A stretch of DNA of 64,000 bases from the NCBI GenBank assembly GCA_965222615.1, contig CBDCUI010000009.1, positions 160,001-224,000 of the forward strand. The letters run 5' to 3'. Source of the stretch: Gammaproteobacteria bacterium. GTDB lineage: Bacteria; Pseudomonadota; Gammaproteobacteria; UBA4575. The stretch's first letter is position 1. Every line of letters starts with the position of its first letter. The position numbers and the translations under genes were made by a program. Positions 62,743-64,000 of this stretch are shown here, piece after piece. The notes beneath the pieces are model-generated. The model had not been told where the DNA came from. It saw only the letters and a program-made list of their open reading frames with translations, and made no database searches.

Positions 62743-63549
62743 TTAAAATGAACGGGATATACTGAAGACGACTCTATCTTCAATATTCTTTTTACCACTA
62801 GGGCCAAAAAAGTCTTTGAGATCGCTGTCTTCATCGGTGTCGTGATAGCGCAAGTCTAAATTGAAATCATAAATTGTTTTAGTAATGCCGACTTCCCAGT
62901 GCTTATAAGAGTATCCGTCACATAATGTATCTGTAACTGGGTCACAAAATGCACCTCTTGAACCTGTTGCGTCATCGCCCTCGACATCTTGATAGCCGTA
63001 ACCAAAATCAAGTCCCCAGTTATTCGCAAATGACAATGCAAGTGCACCTTTGATATAAAATCCATCACCGTCCTCTAAAGTAAAGTCAGGCGAATAGGCG
63101 CCAAACAAGCTAATATAAGGCGAAAGTGCGCCTTCAAAGCCGTGCCCTAGAGTTAACCAGAATTCCCATTGATCTGTTTCTAATCCACCCGAACCCGAGT
63201 CCTCCGCACTGGGGAAGTTGTAATAAATGAGCGTCGCATCATAATCTAAACCGCCACCAGAGCCTGCATAACCAACATAATAATCTAGCTCTAATGAGCT
63301 GTTTGCTAATTCAATGTTGGATCCCCAAATTCCTGCATACCAGTTGTTATAACCCCAATCAAAGCTGCCTTGAATAGCTGGGTCCTGGCTAGTAAATGAT
63401 AAGCCTCGGAATACGTAGTCTGTTGTCAAGGTGATCGTATTACTAAAATTTTCTTTCGCAAAAGCACCTTCTGCTGAGGCAATTCCACCGTAGCTAGATA
63501 AAAGTAATACAGCCGCAGCAGCCATTTTTTTAATAATTTGGCTTTTCAT
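62743..63549 (-). CDS. TorF / Gcw_chp family putative outer membrane porin
   Basis: Signal peptide, TTDYVFRG.S.T..DPAIQG..D, ELDYYVGY, C-terminal SRSF. Confidence 0.9.
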   Translation of the reverse strand: MKSQIIKKMAAAAVLLLSSYGGIASAEGAFAKENFSNTITLTTDYVFRGLSFTSQDPAIQGSFDWGYNNWYAGIWGSNIELANSSLELDYYVGYAGSGGGLDYDATLIYYNFPSAEDSGSGGLETDQWEFWLTLGHGFEGALSPYISLFGAYSPDFTLEDGDGFYIKGALALSFANNWGLDFGYGYQDVEGDDATGSRGAFCDPVTDTLCDGYSYKHWEVGITKTIYDFNLDLRYHDTDEDSDLKDFFGPSGKKNIEDRVVFSISRSF

Positions 63550-63587
63550 TAGTTACTCCCCATAAGAATGGATAATTTGTAGCTGAG

Positions 63588-63646
63588 ATATTCTTATGGG
63601 GAACGGCTTCAAACAATTCCACTCTGGAATTAACACCAAGTAGGTA
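63588..63646 (-). promoter_or_regulatory. NarL-like 7-2-7 box plus putative promoter of the porin gene
   Basis: Minus strand TACCTAC-TT-GGTGTTA, 14 nt, TTGTTT, 17 nt, GAATAT. Confidence 0.5.
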
Positions 63647-63743
63647 GAACTTATCTAATACTATTAAAAGGTTGGTAGTGGTGTAAGACGATCAGGGGGT
63701 CAATCATGTATTAGGCGTTAGATATCAAATATTTGTAGAATAG

Positions 63744-64000
63744 TTAATGTTGTGGAGTCAGTGTTTGGGAAAGCTTTTGAACTGCGGCATCTCCCGTGAT
63801 TGGTTTTGAAATAAAGTCACCTTGAGCAAAATCCACACTAGCATTTTTAAGTAAGTTTAGTTGGGATTCTGATTGCACACCATTTGCAATAACACTGATA
63901 TTTAAATTGTGCATCAGTGAAACAATAGCTCGAATGAACTTTCCATTATCATCTATACAATCTTCTATTACTGAACGATCTATACGAATTAAATCTATAG
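63744..64000 (-). CDS. C-terminal part of an EAL domain protein (degenerate; 5' part outside window)
   Basis: Own translation: IDLIRIDRSVI...IRAIVSLMHNLNISVIANGVQSESQLNLLKNASVDFAQGDFISKP. Confidence 0.85.
   Translation of the reverse strand, partial: IDLIRIDRSVIEDCIDDNGKFIRAIVSLMHNLNISVIANGVQSESQLNLLKNASVDFAQGDFISKPITGDAAVQKLSQTLTPQH

Overview
Low-GC, probably gammaproteobacterial window dominated by a ~58 kb methylated-amine catabolism region. It contains trimethylamine dehydrogenase (tmd) with its ETF and a membrane Fe-S oxidoreductase, and the canonical N-methylglutamate (NMG) pathway (gmaS, mgsABC, mgdABCD) with fhs and folD. Transport genes are two paralogous Liv-type ABC systems, an APC permease operon and a divergent Amt. 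Main unexplained observations: (1) a second, divergent GmaS/MgsABC-like module (4988-11434) with its own flavoprotein and an Fe-S-motif-bearing MgsC, a candidate pathway for another amine such as dimethylamine, whose known enzymes are absent from the window; (2) a shared promoter architecture (NarL-like 7-2-7 box, 14 nt, TTG -35, 17 nt, -10) in front of five operons; (3) tandem SAM-II-like riboswitches separated by an intrinsic terminator upstream of an orphan protein and a rhodanese; (4) a frameshifted sensor kinase, a decayed response-regulator duplicate and several accessory genes inserted in core operons. No rRNA, tRNA, CRISPR or transposase was seen. All assignments are by eye, without database searches.
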